From positions 1-64,000 of IMG/VR virus record IMGVR_UViG_3300025676_000011: a stretch of DNA of 64,000 nt. One strand, 5' to 3'. Positions 47,641 through 56,455 of the stretch are shown here, piece by piece. Under the pieces are notes generated by a model. It did not search any database. It was not told where the DNA came from and saw only the letters and a list, made by a program, of their open reading frames with translations. How positions within the stretch are numbered: the stretch's first letter is position 1; each line of letters opens with the position of its first letter. The stretch is from an uncultured virus (IMG/VR IMGVR_UViG_3300025676_000011) (lineage: Duplodnaviria; Heunggongvirae; Uroviricota; Caudoviricetes). Made by a program: the position numbers and the translations under genes.

Positions 47641-48969
47641 ATGAGCAAGTTAGTAACATTAAACGGGTTAAATGATGAAGAAATATTAAATGATATATTC
47701 ATCGATGAGATAATTGTCCTTGAAGATATACAGGGAAGTAAAATATGGGTTAATTGGGATGGTAAGCATTTTAATATCAAACCTAAATCTATATCAAATG
47801 AGTCAATAAATCTAATTGACTTAGCAATGCAAAATTATTATAATCCGGCTATCAATTATTTAAATTCATTAGATGATAGAACAAAAAGCCTTTTAAATAA
47901 AAAATGGTGGTTTTGTTTCGAGTATTTTCCTGATGAGCAACCTGCTAATATAGAGTATAATAGAGTTCCTAAGAATAATCTTGTTCTTACAGCTATTTCT
48001 AAGTCTAGAAAATATGAATTTACTATTGAAGAGTTAGATGAGTATTCTAGATTATTTAATGTTGATGTGGTGCCGGTTATATATCAAGGTACTTTGACCG
48101 AAAGTATGAAAGAAGCGATAAAGTATTTTATTAATACTAGTGAGGATGATTTAGAGTATATTTTTGGTGAAAAGTCATTTGCATTCTTCTTTTATGGAAT
48201 ATTAAACCCATCAGTTAATAACTCTTTCTTAATGGATAATGAATTCCAAAATAATGTTGAGAAACTTATTATTAAGAGTAAAACAAAGGATATTTCATTT
48301 CAGTTATTAAATCCTTTATATAAAAGGTTGAGTGATGATAATCATACAGACTTTGTTGAGATTTATACATTAATATTAATTAATTTCTTGAATTTTTCTC
48401 AATCTATTAATTTAGAAGATATTAAATTGAAAGGTGATAGAAAAGATGAAGTTTACATATATTTAGTTTCTAAAATATTCAATGTTTATATATCGGAGGT
48501 CAAACAAGATTTACTTGACTTTGACTTTGTTGTTCCTGAATTCTTTGATAAGGATAAATTTAAGATAAATATTGAATTGATTAGTAATAAATTAACAAAG
48601 GATTATATAAAAGAGAGTGATAAATTAGAATATATTTTTAAGGTTATTCTTGGATCTTTCAACAAGAAAAGAAAGAAACCAATTGGTATATTCACTGAGA
48701 ATACAGTTAAGTTATTTAATAAATTTGTAGTTGATATCGATGATTATATCGATACTTATTTAGGAAAACTACATGAAATTGAATTAGGTAGATCTGGTCT
48801 ACTAGATTTCGGTGACTTCTTTGATATTCAATATGATACTGATGGAGAGGGTGAAGTTTATCCAGATGTTTACTCAGAGTTTTCTAAGACTGGTGGTCAG
48901 AACAAGAAGAAGAAAAAAGGTAAGGGTGGTAAATTCCCAATTGATCCAGGTAAAATTCCATTTAAATAA
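47641..48969 (+). CDS. RNA-ligase-like nucleotidyltransferase-fold protein lacking the motif I lysine
   Basis: EDIQGS in place of EKxDGS; FCFEY, VVPVIYQG, VEKLIIK. Confidence 0.5.
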   Translation: MSKLVTLNGLNDEEILNDIFIDEIIVLEDIQGSKIWVNWDGKHFNIKPKSISNESINLIDLAMQNYYNPAINYLNSLDDRTKSLLNKKWWFCFEYFPDEQPANIEYNRVPKNNLVLTAISKSRKYEFTIEELDEYSRLFNVDVVPVIYQGTLTESMKEAIKYFINTSEDDLEYIFGEKSFAFFFYGILNPSVNNSFLMDNEFQNNVEKLIIKSKTKDISFQLLNPLYKRLSDDNHTDFVEIYTLILINFLNFSQSINLEDIKLKGDRKDEVYIYLVSKIFNVYISEVKQDLLDFDFVVPEFFDKDKFKINIELISNKLTKDYIKESDKLEYIFKVILGSFNKKRKKPIGIFTENTVKLFNKFVVDIDDYIDTYLGKLHEIELGRSGLLDFGDFFDIQYDTDGEGEVYPDVYSEFSKTGGQNKKKKKGKGGKFPIDPGKIPFK

Positions 48970-49160
48970 TGATTGATATTAAAATGACCTCTGTCGAGGT
49001 AAAGGCCGAAGTACGCGAACTAAAATGTAAATATACTCGTGAAATGGCTAAGGATATACACTATTATAGTGGTTTAGATCCTTTTAGTATGGATAATAGA
49101 AGAACAACAAGAAAAGATTCGATTAATAATATTTTTAATATAACAAAACATGATAAATAA
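48969..49160 (+). CDS. 63-aa gp23 capsid-fragment-like protein with RKDSINNIF motif
   Basis: IKMTSVEVKAEVRELKCKYTREMAKDIHYYSGLD resembles the gp23 segment ..V.A..R.LKA..T.E.AQDL...G.D. Confidence 0.6.
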   Translation: MIDIKMTSVEVKAEVRELKCKYTREMAKDIHYYSGLDPFSMDNRRTTRKDSINNIFNITKHDK

Positions 49161-50412
49161 TCCGCCTATAAAGAATATGAAGGTATCAAAAAAATTATCC
49201 AGTACGGATTCTTCCAAAAATATAGTTGAAAAGCTAAACAAGAAAACTTTCCTATTACAATACTTACCATCCGTTTTAGAATACTTAGAATCAGAAAAAT
49301 ACATAAATTATAAAAATGAAAAGTTAAAAACAGCTTACTTGATCGATATCATACATAATATGGTATTAAAATATTATTTCAAGAAAGAGAATAAATTTGT
49401 TATAAATGCAACTATATTGAAAGATAAGTATGGATATCTTTATAATTATTATATCAATTATCTAATTGAGACCAAGATAATAAGTATGGTTTCTAATTAT
49501 AGGAAAGGTGTATCTTCTCGTAAATATTCACTAAATGCTAAAATCATCAAATCAAAGATTCAAAGAAGATATAGAAACAAAGATAAAGTCTTATTGAAGA
49601 AATATAAAAAGAAAGTAATGGATAGCATTGACTTCTCTGATAATGATGATTATTTGATAGGTAAAGATATCCGAGAGAAATTAATATCTGACCTTTTTTC
49701 CGTTGAGATTCAATTCGATAGAGCTATATTTTTCCTGGATGCATTAAAAGATGAAAAATATGATGTCTATAATAGAAATGTTTATTCTGTTGAGTGTGTT
49801 AATGATAAGCATATATTTTATCACTTTGATAGCTATGGTAGAATGCACACCAATTTCACAATACTTAGATCATTCATTAGAAAGAATTGTTTATTGATAG
49901 ATGGTGAGGAAACTTGTGAGATAGATATTAAAAATAGCCAACCATTATTCCTATCTAAATTAATAAAAGATAGTGATACTAAGTGGGTCAAGGAGGAAGA
50001 GTTTGAATTATTTAGAGAACTAACACTTAGTGGTAATTACTACCAATACATGATGAATGTATTGGGTATTAAAAATAGAAACGATGCTAAGGAATTAACA
50101 TACAAAGTTCTTTTTGGTAGAAACATTACTAGTAAGGCTGATATTGGATTTAGAAAGGCTTTCCCGACTATACACAATTTTATAAAATTATATAAAAAGG
50201 ATAATGGTAATTATAAAACGATGGCTTATGATTTACAAAAAGCAGAGTCGAATCTTATATTCAATCGAATAATAAGACGTATAATTGTATTATACCCAGA
50301 AATAAAAATGATAACGGTACATGATAGTATTGTTTTTCCTAAAAAATATAAAGACATTATTGATGATATCTTTGAACAAGAACTTGAAAATGAATTCAAT
50401 TTAACAAAATAA
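49150..50412 (+). CDS. Family-A-polymerase-fold protein without exonuclease, with a probable N-terminal wHTH
   Basis: GRMHT, EIDIKNSQP (motif A), RNDAKELTYKVLFG (motif B), LQKAES, TVHDSI (motif C). Confidence 0.7.
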   Translation: MINNPPIKNMKVSKKLSSTDSSKNIVEKLNKKTFLLQYLPSVLEYLESEKYINYKNEKLKTAYLIDIIHNMVLKYYFKKENKFVINATILKDKYGYLYNYYINYLIETKIISMVSNYRKGVSSRKYSLNAKIIKSKIQRRYRNKDKVLLKKYKKKVMDSIDFSDNDDYLIGKDIREKLISDLFSVEIQFDRAIFFLDALKDEKYDVYNRNVYSVECVNDKHIFYHFDSYGRMHTNFTILRSFIRKNCLLIDGEETCEIDIKNSQPLFLSKLIKDSDTKWVKEEEFELFRELTLSGNYYQYMMNVLGIKNRNDAKELTYKVLFGRNITSKADIGFRKAFPTIHNFIKLYKKDNGNYKTMAYDLQKAESNLIFNRIIRRIIVLYPEIKMITVHDSIVFPKKYKDIIDDIFEQELENEFNLTK

Positions 50413-50422
50413 TATATACAAT

Positions 50423-50584
50423 ATGAAAACTTACTATTTAAAATCAAAATTATCAAAAGAGGTTATAAGTAAATCAGTTTTTGAATCATTATCAATAGCT
50501 ATTGAGTATTTTTCTGAAGTTAAGAGATTAAACCCTGAAGAACTTCTTAAAATATACATAGTCAATGATAGTGAACTAAAATAG
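50423..50584 (+). CDS. Small hypothetical protein (53 aa)
   Basis: Not in the track. MKTYYLKSKLSKEVISK...; fills the gap and is preceded by AATATATAC. Confidence 0.6.
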   Translation: MKTYYLKSKLSKEVISKSVFESLSIAIEYFSEVKRLNPEELLKIYIVNDSELK

Positions 50585-50599
50585 TTAATATATACCTTT

Positions 50600-51139
50600 G
50601 TGATTGATTTAACTAACCCCAAAATATCATATATTGTGATATCATCTGAAAAGATTGATGATATTATGTCAATTTTGTATGCTAAAAATTATCAAATTAT
50701 ACCGATAAAGGGTTATTATCAAGGTCAATATGAGGATTCATTGATGGCTTTTGGTGTTGATAATGATGAGTTAAGAAAAGATTTGATTTTTTTACTTAAC
50801 CATTTTAGAGAGGATTGTGGTATAGTTAAATACTTTGGTGAGACCGGTGCTAAGAAAGTGTTCAAAGACGGCTCAGAGAAGCCCTTAGGTATCGTATTGT
50901 ATAATACAGACTCAGATAACATTTCATATTTATATGATGGTATATCGTTCTCTTTTGTTGAACAAGTTAGATATTGGAAACCTAAGAATAAAGAAGATTT
51001 TTCTGTTGGTATGTTAGTTGAATATATGAATAATAATAAGTGGTATGAAAAGGAAGTTATTAATCCATCAGAAGAATACCATAAGCTATATAAGCTTATG
51101 ATAAAGTATGATAAGATTAGAGTAGCTACTACTAACTAA
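50600..51139 (+). CDS. Hypothetical protein
   Basis: ORF track; AATATATAC upstream. Confidence 0.7.
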   Translation: MIDLTNPKISYIVISSEKIDDIMSILYAKNYQIIPIKGYYQGQYEDSLMAFGVDNDELRKDLIFLLNHFREDCGIVKYFGETGAKKVFKDGSEKPLGIVLYNTDSDNISYLYDGISFSFVEQVRYWKPKNKEDFSVGMLVEYMNNNKWYEKEVINPSEEYHKLYKLMIKYDKIRVATTN

Positions 51140-51935
51140 TCTCAAACCAAACAATTCGATTCTCGAATGTTGGTGTTTCTTTTATAAAATAAGTTTGATA
51201 ATTATCTCCGTTATTAACATTGTTAACAACATTTAATCCTGTACATCTCTCACCTTTTGGTCTTACTCCGATTACTTTACTTGGATTTATTTTACTTGAG
51301 TGTATTACTTGAGCCCCATTTATATTACCTATGATGTCATCATAATTATTTGATAAATTAAAATTATATGATGTTGATAATAAGTATTCTACTATATTAT
51401 CTCCTATAATAAATGCGGTAGCGGGACCTAAGTTACTTTTCATAGATAAAACATTACTAATAAATGTCATCTTTGTGATTATTCTTCTGGAATCAGCATC
51501 TGATTGTTCATTTGTTGTTAAAAATTTATCATTTTTTAATTTAAGAGTTACGTCTGTGTAAAATTTACATTTTTTCATTGGTTTACTTGTTAAAGTATCC
51601 AATGTTGATATAATATCATTATATAATAATGCTTCACTTATGAATTTTTTAGCAGTTACATTTTGCGACATCATTCTTGTTGAGAATGTTCCAATTGTAT
51701 CCAACCCATCATAAATACCTTGCGGTAACCAATCCATATCATCATATTCTTCTTGTTTTTCAGCAAGAACAGAATTTATAGATGATTGTCTATGTCTTCT
51801 TTTGAGTTCATTCATTATCCACTCATCATCAGATGATAAAGTATCCGTATAATAAATAACACCCTTGGGTAAAGAGGGTTTATTATTTTCTGTGTAATTA
51901 CATATCAATTTTATATTAGACAGCAAGGTGCTCAT
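51132..51935 (-). CDS. Divergent capsid-protein-fragment paralog with RQSSINSVL motif
   Basis: SRRIITKMTFISNVLSMKSNLGPATAFII...IGNING aligns with QRKLVTKIAHASNYIATEGRVGPAQYLIT...VGSIGD of the capsid protein. Confidence 0.65.
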   Translation of the reverse strand: MSTLLSNIKLICNYTENNKPSLPKGVIYYTDTLSSDDEWIMNELKRRHRQSSINSVLAEKQEEYDDMDWLPQGIYDGLDTIGTFSTRMMSQNVTAKKFISEALLYNDIISTLDTLTSKPMKKCKFYTDVTLKLKNDKFLTTNEQSDADSRRIITKMTFISNVLSMKSNLGPATAFIIGDNIVEYLLSTSYNFNLSNNYDDIIGNINGAQVIHSSKINPSKVIGVRPKGERCTGLNVVNNVNNGDNYQTYFIKETPTFENRIVWFEIS

Positions 51936-52683
51936 ATTTGTTTTTCATTCCTATTTTTGGTATAGATGCGTTTGTTATCTTTTGTATTTCTTCTTTACTC
52001 ATCTTGGAAGTTTTTTCTAATAATTGTAAAGTTCTTTGGTAATATCTATTATCAGGAGCCACTCTTTCATGGTATAGGTGATAACATCTAGCTTTTAATT
52101 CGGTGTGTTTCAAGAAGTGTTTAACTTTCATTGTTTGATAATCATCTTCACCACCCCAGCCTATAAAGTCTTCGTTCCACCCACCAATTCTTAATAAAGA
52201 ATCTCGTCTGAAAATTGCTATACCTCCTGAAATATTTATTTTTTGGTTATCTGTCTCACCTCTACCAGGTCTATTAATATTAACAACCTGTTCCAAAGGT
52301 AGATTGGACTCCTGTGGATTTAGATCAACCACGGAATGATATGGACTAACCATATCATATTCTGTTAATGCCTGGAGACCCTTTATGAAATCTTTTGGAT
52401 TCATAACTAAATCAGAATCACCACAAACAATTATGTTTGAGTTGGAGTGTTTTAATCCTATATTAAATGCCCAAGACCTATTATAAGGCATTTTTGATTT
52501 TATGAAAATATGCTTACATCTTAAATTTAAGTGTGATATTTTTGAGTGTTTATCTTGTTCTACAAGAATAATTTCTGATCCTGAAAAGGAGTTAGCCCAA
52601 TCCAGTGTTCTTCTTAGGTTGTTTAACCTATCTATTGTGTGTCTATATCCTATTATAAACGTGAATTTGTATGATTGTTGCAT
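51916..52683 (-). CDS. Glycosyltransferase (GT2/GT7 galactosyltransferase-like)
   Basis: LVEQD, YNRSWAFNIG, DSD (DxD motif), GGWNEDFIGWGGEDD, HLYH. Confidence 0.85.
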   Translation of the reverse strand: MQQSYKFTFIIGYRHTIDRLNNLRRTLDWANSFSGSEIILVEQDKHSKISHLNLRCKHIFIKSKMPYNRSWAFNIGLKHSNSNIIVCGDSDLVMNPKDFIKGLQALTEYDMVSPYHSVVDLNPQESNLPLEQVVNINRPGRGETDNQKINISGGIAIFRRDSLLRIGGWNEDFIGWGGEDDYQTMKVKHFLKHTELKARCYHLYHERVAPDNRYYQRTLQLLEKTSKMSKEEIQKITNASIPKIGMKNKYEHLAV

Positions 52684-52788
52684 TAAAAAAGTTATTTTTT
52701 ATTTATATAAACACTTATAGCTTTTGTTTTATAGTTCTTAACTAAACATTATATAAATATTATTCTATAATACTTTAAATCTTATATT

Positions 52789-53193
52789 ATGGATAAAAAA
52801 GTAGGAAGATTTGAAAAAATATTTTTTCCTGAACTAAATATAAAAGTGGATTCTAAAATAGACACTGGTGCTTATAGCGTTTCTTTACACGTTGAGGATA
52901 TCAACGAAGTGGATGGTAAATTATACTTCTGGGTTGGTGATGAATCTAATAAATTCATATATGATGATTTTAATATTATTAGTGTTAAGAGTTCTTTTGG
53001 TAAAAATCAAAAAAGATATTCTATAAAATTGAAGATGCATCTGGGTAAACTTACCTATGATGTTTTCGTATCACTGAGTGATAGAAAAAAAATGAAGTTT
53101 CCTTGTTTGATAGGTAGAAAATTTCTACATAAACACGGATTTTTGGTAGATGTGAGAAAAAAGAATTTACATGATAGAAATAAAAAAATGTAA
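52789..53193 (+). CDS. RimK-associated retropepsin-like (putative ATP-dependent Zn) protease
   Basis: KIDTGAYSVSLH, VKSSFG...R, LSDRKKMKFPCLIGRKFL. Confidence 0.85.
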   Translation: MDKKVGRFEKIFFPELNIKVDSKIDTGAYSVSLHVEDINEVDGKLYFWVGDESNKFIYDDFNIISVKSSFGKNQKRYSIKLKMHLGKLTYDVFVSLSDRKKMKFPCLIGRKFLHKHGFLVDVRKKNLHDRNKKM

Positions 53194-53710
53194 TTATTTT
53201 ACTGGTGATAATAGCATCTCTGATGGTATTAAAGATATTGTTAATTTTTTAGAATTATCAGGCAGAAATTATTTGCTATTAACTCCACCTAAAAATAGTG
53301 ACATTGATAAATCAACACAAACAAATACAATAAAATATTATTTGGATAATCAATTACACTTTAATAACTTTGTTGAGTTTGTTGATATTATAGAAAATGA
53401 AGGCAATTTATTTAGGGTTGATTTGTTGGTTTTGGATTTTTGGCATTTAACACCTATTGAGATATCTATTTGGAAAAAAGAAATTGATAAATTGGGATTA
53501 GACCATTTGATAATAGCTAAAGAATATCACTATAAATCTACTGATGATGTTACAGACTATCATCTTAGAAGAGAGTATAAAACGGTTGGTAAAAATGAAT
53601 TATTTATAACTGATAATATAAATAAATGGACATCAACTTTAGAATCTTTAATAAAATCTTATAGAAGAGATAAGAAAATCAATGATATATTTGGTGGAAC
53701 TGATAATTAG
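53171..53710 (+). CDS. Hypothetical protein (possible degenerate RecA/P-loop fold) with C-terminal RDKKINDIF motif
   Basis: VDLLVLDF is Walker-B-like; no intact Walker A. Confidence 0.55.
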   Translation: MIEIKKCNYFTGDNSISDGIKDIVNFLELSGRNYLLLTPPKNSDIDKSTQTNTIKYYLDNQLHFNNFVEFVDIIENEGNLFRVDLLVLDFWHLTPIEISIWKKEIDKLGLDHLIIAKEYHYKSTDDVTDYHLRREYKTVGKNELFITDNINKWTSTLESLIKSYRRDKKINDIFGGTDN

Positions 53711-53721
53711 CCCTATATTTG
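53690..53721 (+). promoter_or_regulatory. Bacteroidota-type promoter TTTG-N20-TATATTTG
   Basis: TTTG at 53690 and TATATTTG at 53714. Confidence 0.75.
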
Positions 53722-53745
53722 TTATTAAATATAAACTAAATATAT

Positions 53746-54828
53746 ATGAGAACTAGACGAAAATTTATTAAACTAACAAAGTTTACATATCCATATGGAA
53801 CCGAAAATCAATTAAAAAAATTCTTACCGAAGGGATATACAGAAGATGAGCATGGTAATTTCTATTTGAAGATTGGTGATAAACCATCTACTATGTTTAC
53901 TTGTCACCTTGATACGGCTTGTGCTGAACAAGAAAGAGTTAATCATGTATTTCGTGGTAAGTTTGTTGGTACTGATGGGACTACAATTTTAGGAGCTGAT
54001 GATAAAGCCGGAATGGTTATTATCTTATCACTTATCGAAAAAAAAGTACCTGGACTTTATTACTTCTTTATTGGAGAGGAAGTTGGGTGTATTGGTTCAA
54101 ACGCACTTTCCGGAACTTGGTTAAAAACTGAATTCTCTGAATACATTACAAAATGTGTATCTTTTGATAGAAGAGGTACTACTTCTGTTATTACAGAACA
54201 ATTGTATGGTAGATGTGCGTCTGATGAATTCGCAACTGAACTTTCACTTAGATTAAATAATGTTGGTAAATTTAATTTCTCACCTGATGATACTGGAGTT
54301 CTAACAGACTCAATTAACTTTATGGATTTTGTACCGGAGTGTACTAATATATCTGTTGGTTATTATAATGAACATGGTGGTGATGAAATCCAAGATTTGG
54401 ATTTCTTGAAGAAATTAAGTAAAGCTGTTTGTGAAATTGATTGGGAAACACTTCCAATTAAAAGAGATCCAATATCTGATTTTGATGATGATGATGATGA
54501 TTTACATGAGTATGAAGAAGATGGTAAATTCTCAACAGAGTTCTATTCATACTTTAAGAGTAAAGAAGATGTGAAGAAAATGTATATATCTATTAATCAT
54601 ATAGAATCCGAAAAAGCTGAAATACGCAATTGGTTATATGTGAGTGGTTCTTATCCTGGATTTACTGATATTTTATGGAATGGCCATAAATTAAGAGTTA
54701 AAATTAATGATGATATAGAAGTTGTTGGTGATAGAATTGAGTTAATTGATTTGATGCCGGAATTAGGATCTGTTCCTAAAAGTCAATTAAGTGCTAGTGT
54801 TAAAAAATATAGAAGTATTGTGATGTAA
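53746..54828 (+). CDS. M20/M28-family Zn metallopeptidase, paralog of 27971..29326
   Basis: CHLDTA, LGADDKAG, GEEVGCIGS, SFDRR, LTDS, GYYNEH. Confidence 0.85.
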   Translation: MRTRRKFIKLTKFTYPYGTENQLKKFLPKGYTEDEHGNFYLKIGDKPSTMFTCHLDTACAEQERVNHVFRGKFVGTDGTTILGADDKAGMVIILSLIEKKVPGLYYFFIGEEVGCIGSNALSGTWLKTEFSEYITKCVSFDRRGTTSVITEQLYGRCASDEFATELSLRLNNVGKFNFSPDDTGVLTDSINFMDFVPECTNISVGYYNEHGGDEIQDLDFLKKLSKAVCEIDWETLPIKRDPISDFDDDDDDLHEYEEDGKFSTEFYSYFKSKEDVKKMYISINHIESEKAEIRNWLYVSGSYPGFTDILWNGHKLRVKINDDIEVVGDRIELIDLMPELGSVPKSQLSASVKKYRSIVM

Positions 54829-55353
54829 TCAGATTCTTTTATCTGGACTTACAAAATCATTATAGGTGTCTGCCTTTACAACGAGGTAGGCATCTTCTAG
54901 TTCATACCAATTTCCTTCATCCACATCATCACCTCCTAATCCTCTATTAGCAACATCATCAGTAAAAACTTTGAACTTATAAATTGAATAACCACCATCA
55001 AAATAAACAGCGATAACTTCATCACCGTCCTTAACAGAATCTCTTTCATCAGAAAGTTCTTTTAATTCATTAACATCAATTTCACTTGATCTTATTTTTT
55101 TGAAATCTTTTCCTAGATTTTGATGAACTTGTTTAGATATTAACTTAGCCATTTTCTCTTGAAGGTCACCCAATTCAAATGATTGTCCTGGTGTTATATC
55201 TCCTGATACTGTATCAAATTCTCCGTGTATATCAAAAAATAAATCATTAATTTTATCTTCTAATAAATCTAATGTATATTTATAAATATCATCCTCTGTA
55301 TGAGAAACCTTTTCAAAAGACTCAGTTATATATTCTGACCATTTTTTAATCAT
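54829..55353 (-). CDS. Hypothetical acidic protein with capsid-targeting-like N-terminus
   Basis: MIKKWSEYITES. Confidence 0.75.
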   Translation of the reverse strand: MIKKWSEYITESFEKVSHTEDDIYKYTLDLLEDKINDLFFDIHGEFDTVSGDITPGQSFELGDLQEKMAKLISKQVHQNLGKDFKKIRSSEIDVNELKELSDERDSVKDGDEVIAVYFDGGYSIYKFKVFTDDVANRGLGGDDVDEGNWYELEDAYLVVKADTYNDFVSPDKRI

Positions 55354-55502
55354 AATTTAGGGGTTTTATATTCTGGTTTATTTGCTATTATTAACATCTG
55401 TCCAGTTGTTAACTCATTATAATTCCAACCATTCTTTTTACAAAAGCCTATTATAAACCTCTCTCTTAGTATCGATTTTCCTTTATTTGCTTTCTTTTTC
55501 AT
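55350..55502 (-). CDS. Small hypothetical protein (50 aa)
   Basis: Not in the track. MKKKANKGKSILRERFIIGFCKKNGWNYNELTTGQMLIIANKPEYKTPKL; ATGA overlap with the next gene. Confidence 0.65.
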   Translation of the reverse strand: MKKKANKGKSILRERFIIGFCKKNGWNYNELTTGQMLIIANKPEYKTPKL

Positions 55503-55504
55503 AA

Positions 55505-55912
55505 TTAAATTAAAAATATATATATGAACACTTGTAAAGAAACACCAAATAAAACCATTGGTGTTTTCTTTTTATCTTGTTCTGAAGGTGGTAAATGCAC
55601 ATGTGTCTCTGTTATTGAATTTTTATCCAATTTTTTAATTGTTTGTTCAAATATTATTCTATGAAAATACTTGAACATAAAAATTTGTGCTATTATAAAT
55701 GGTATTGATACCCATCCAATTGTATATGTTAATAATGTCCCAGTCGTTAATAACACTAAAAATCTTTGAATATTGAATATTTTTTTAGCACAAAATTCAG
55801 AACTCCTTTTATTTTTACTCTTGATATGTTCAAAAAAACCTTCCCGTAAACCTTCCGACATAGAATAAAGTATCCAGATTAAGTTTGTTATTGTTATTGC
55901 TATAAAATCCAT
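55505..55912 (-). CDS. Hypothetical membrane protein
   Basis: Several hydrophobic segments. Confidence 0.7.
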   Translation of the reverse strand: MDFIAITITNLIWILYSMSEGLREGFFEHIKSKNKRSSEFCAKKIFNIQRFLVLLTTGTLLTYTIGWVSIPFIIAQIFMFKYFHRIIFEQTIKKLDKNSITETHVHLPPSEQDKKKTPMVLFGVSLQVFIYIFLI

Positions 55913-55931
55913 ACTTATAAACTTCTGCTTT

Positions 55932-55963
55932 TTTGTATATATTAAATATAATAACTATATTTG
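55932..55963 (+). promoter_or_regulatory. Bacteroidota-type promoter TTTG-N20-TATATTTG
   Basis: TTTG at 55932 and TATATTTG at 55956, 4 nt before the ATG at 55968. Confidence 0.7.
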
Positions 55964-55967
55964 TTGT

Positions 55968-56426
55968 ATGTTTGAAATAAAAGGTAAAATAGTATTCGAT
56001 CCAATCGATAAAACTAAGAAGCACTCTAAGCAGTCTTCCTGGAAGAAAGTCGTTATGATCGAGTTCAAGGATGATACTTGGTCTTACTATTCTTGGTTTT
56101 TAAAAAAAAGATTTGGACTAGTCTTGAATAAACCACTTCGAGGAACCCACTTTACTATTATTAACGATATTGTTGATGATGTAATATACAAACAAGCTAA
56201 GAAAATGTTTGATGGTACTGAAATAACAATTCAATACGATCCAACAAATATACGTTCTAATGATAAAGGTCACTGGTGGATAAAGGCTTATTCTGATGAT
56301 GCTATAAATATAAGAAGTGTTATGGGATTGGGTGATCCTTATTTCGGTTTCCACATTACTATGGGATTAGCTACTAACACACAATTAGAACACTCTAAAT
56401 ATATTAAACAATATTTGAGATTGTAA
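55968..56426 (+). CDS. 2H-phosphoesterase-family protein
   Basis: Two H-x-T motifs (GTHFTI, GFHITM) about 70 aa apart in a 152-aa protein. Confidence 0.65.
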   Translation: MFEIKGKIVFDPIDKTKKHSKQSSWKKVVMIEFKDDTWSYYSWFLKKRFGLVLNKPLRGTHFTIINDIVDDVIYKQAKKMFDGTEITIQYDPTNIRSNDKGHWWIKAYSDDAINIRSVMGLGDPYFGFHITMGLATNTQLEHSKYIKQYLRL

Positions 56427-56455
56427 ACTAAAATAATAATACCACTATAATCTAT

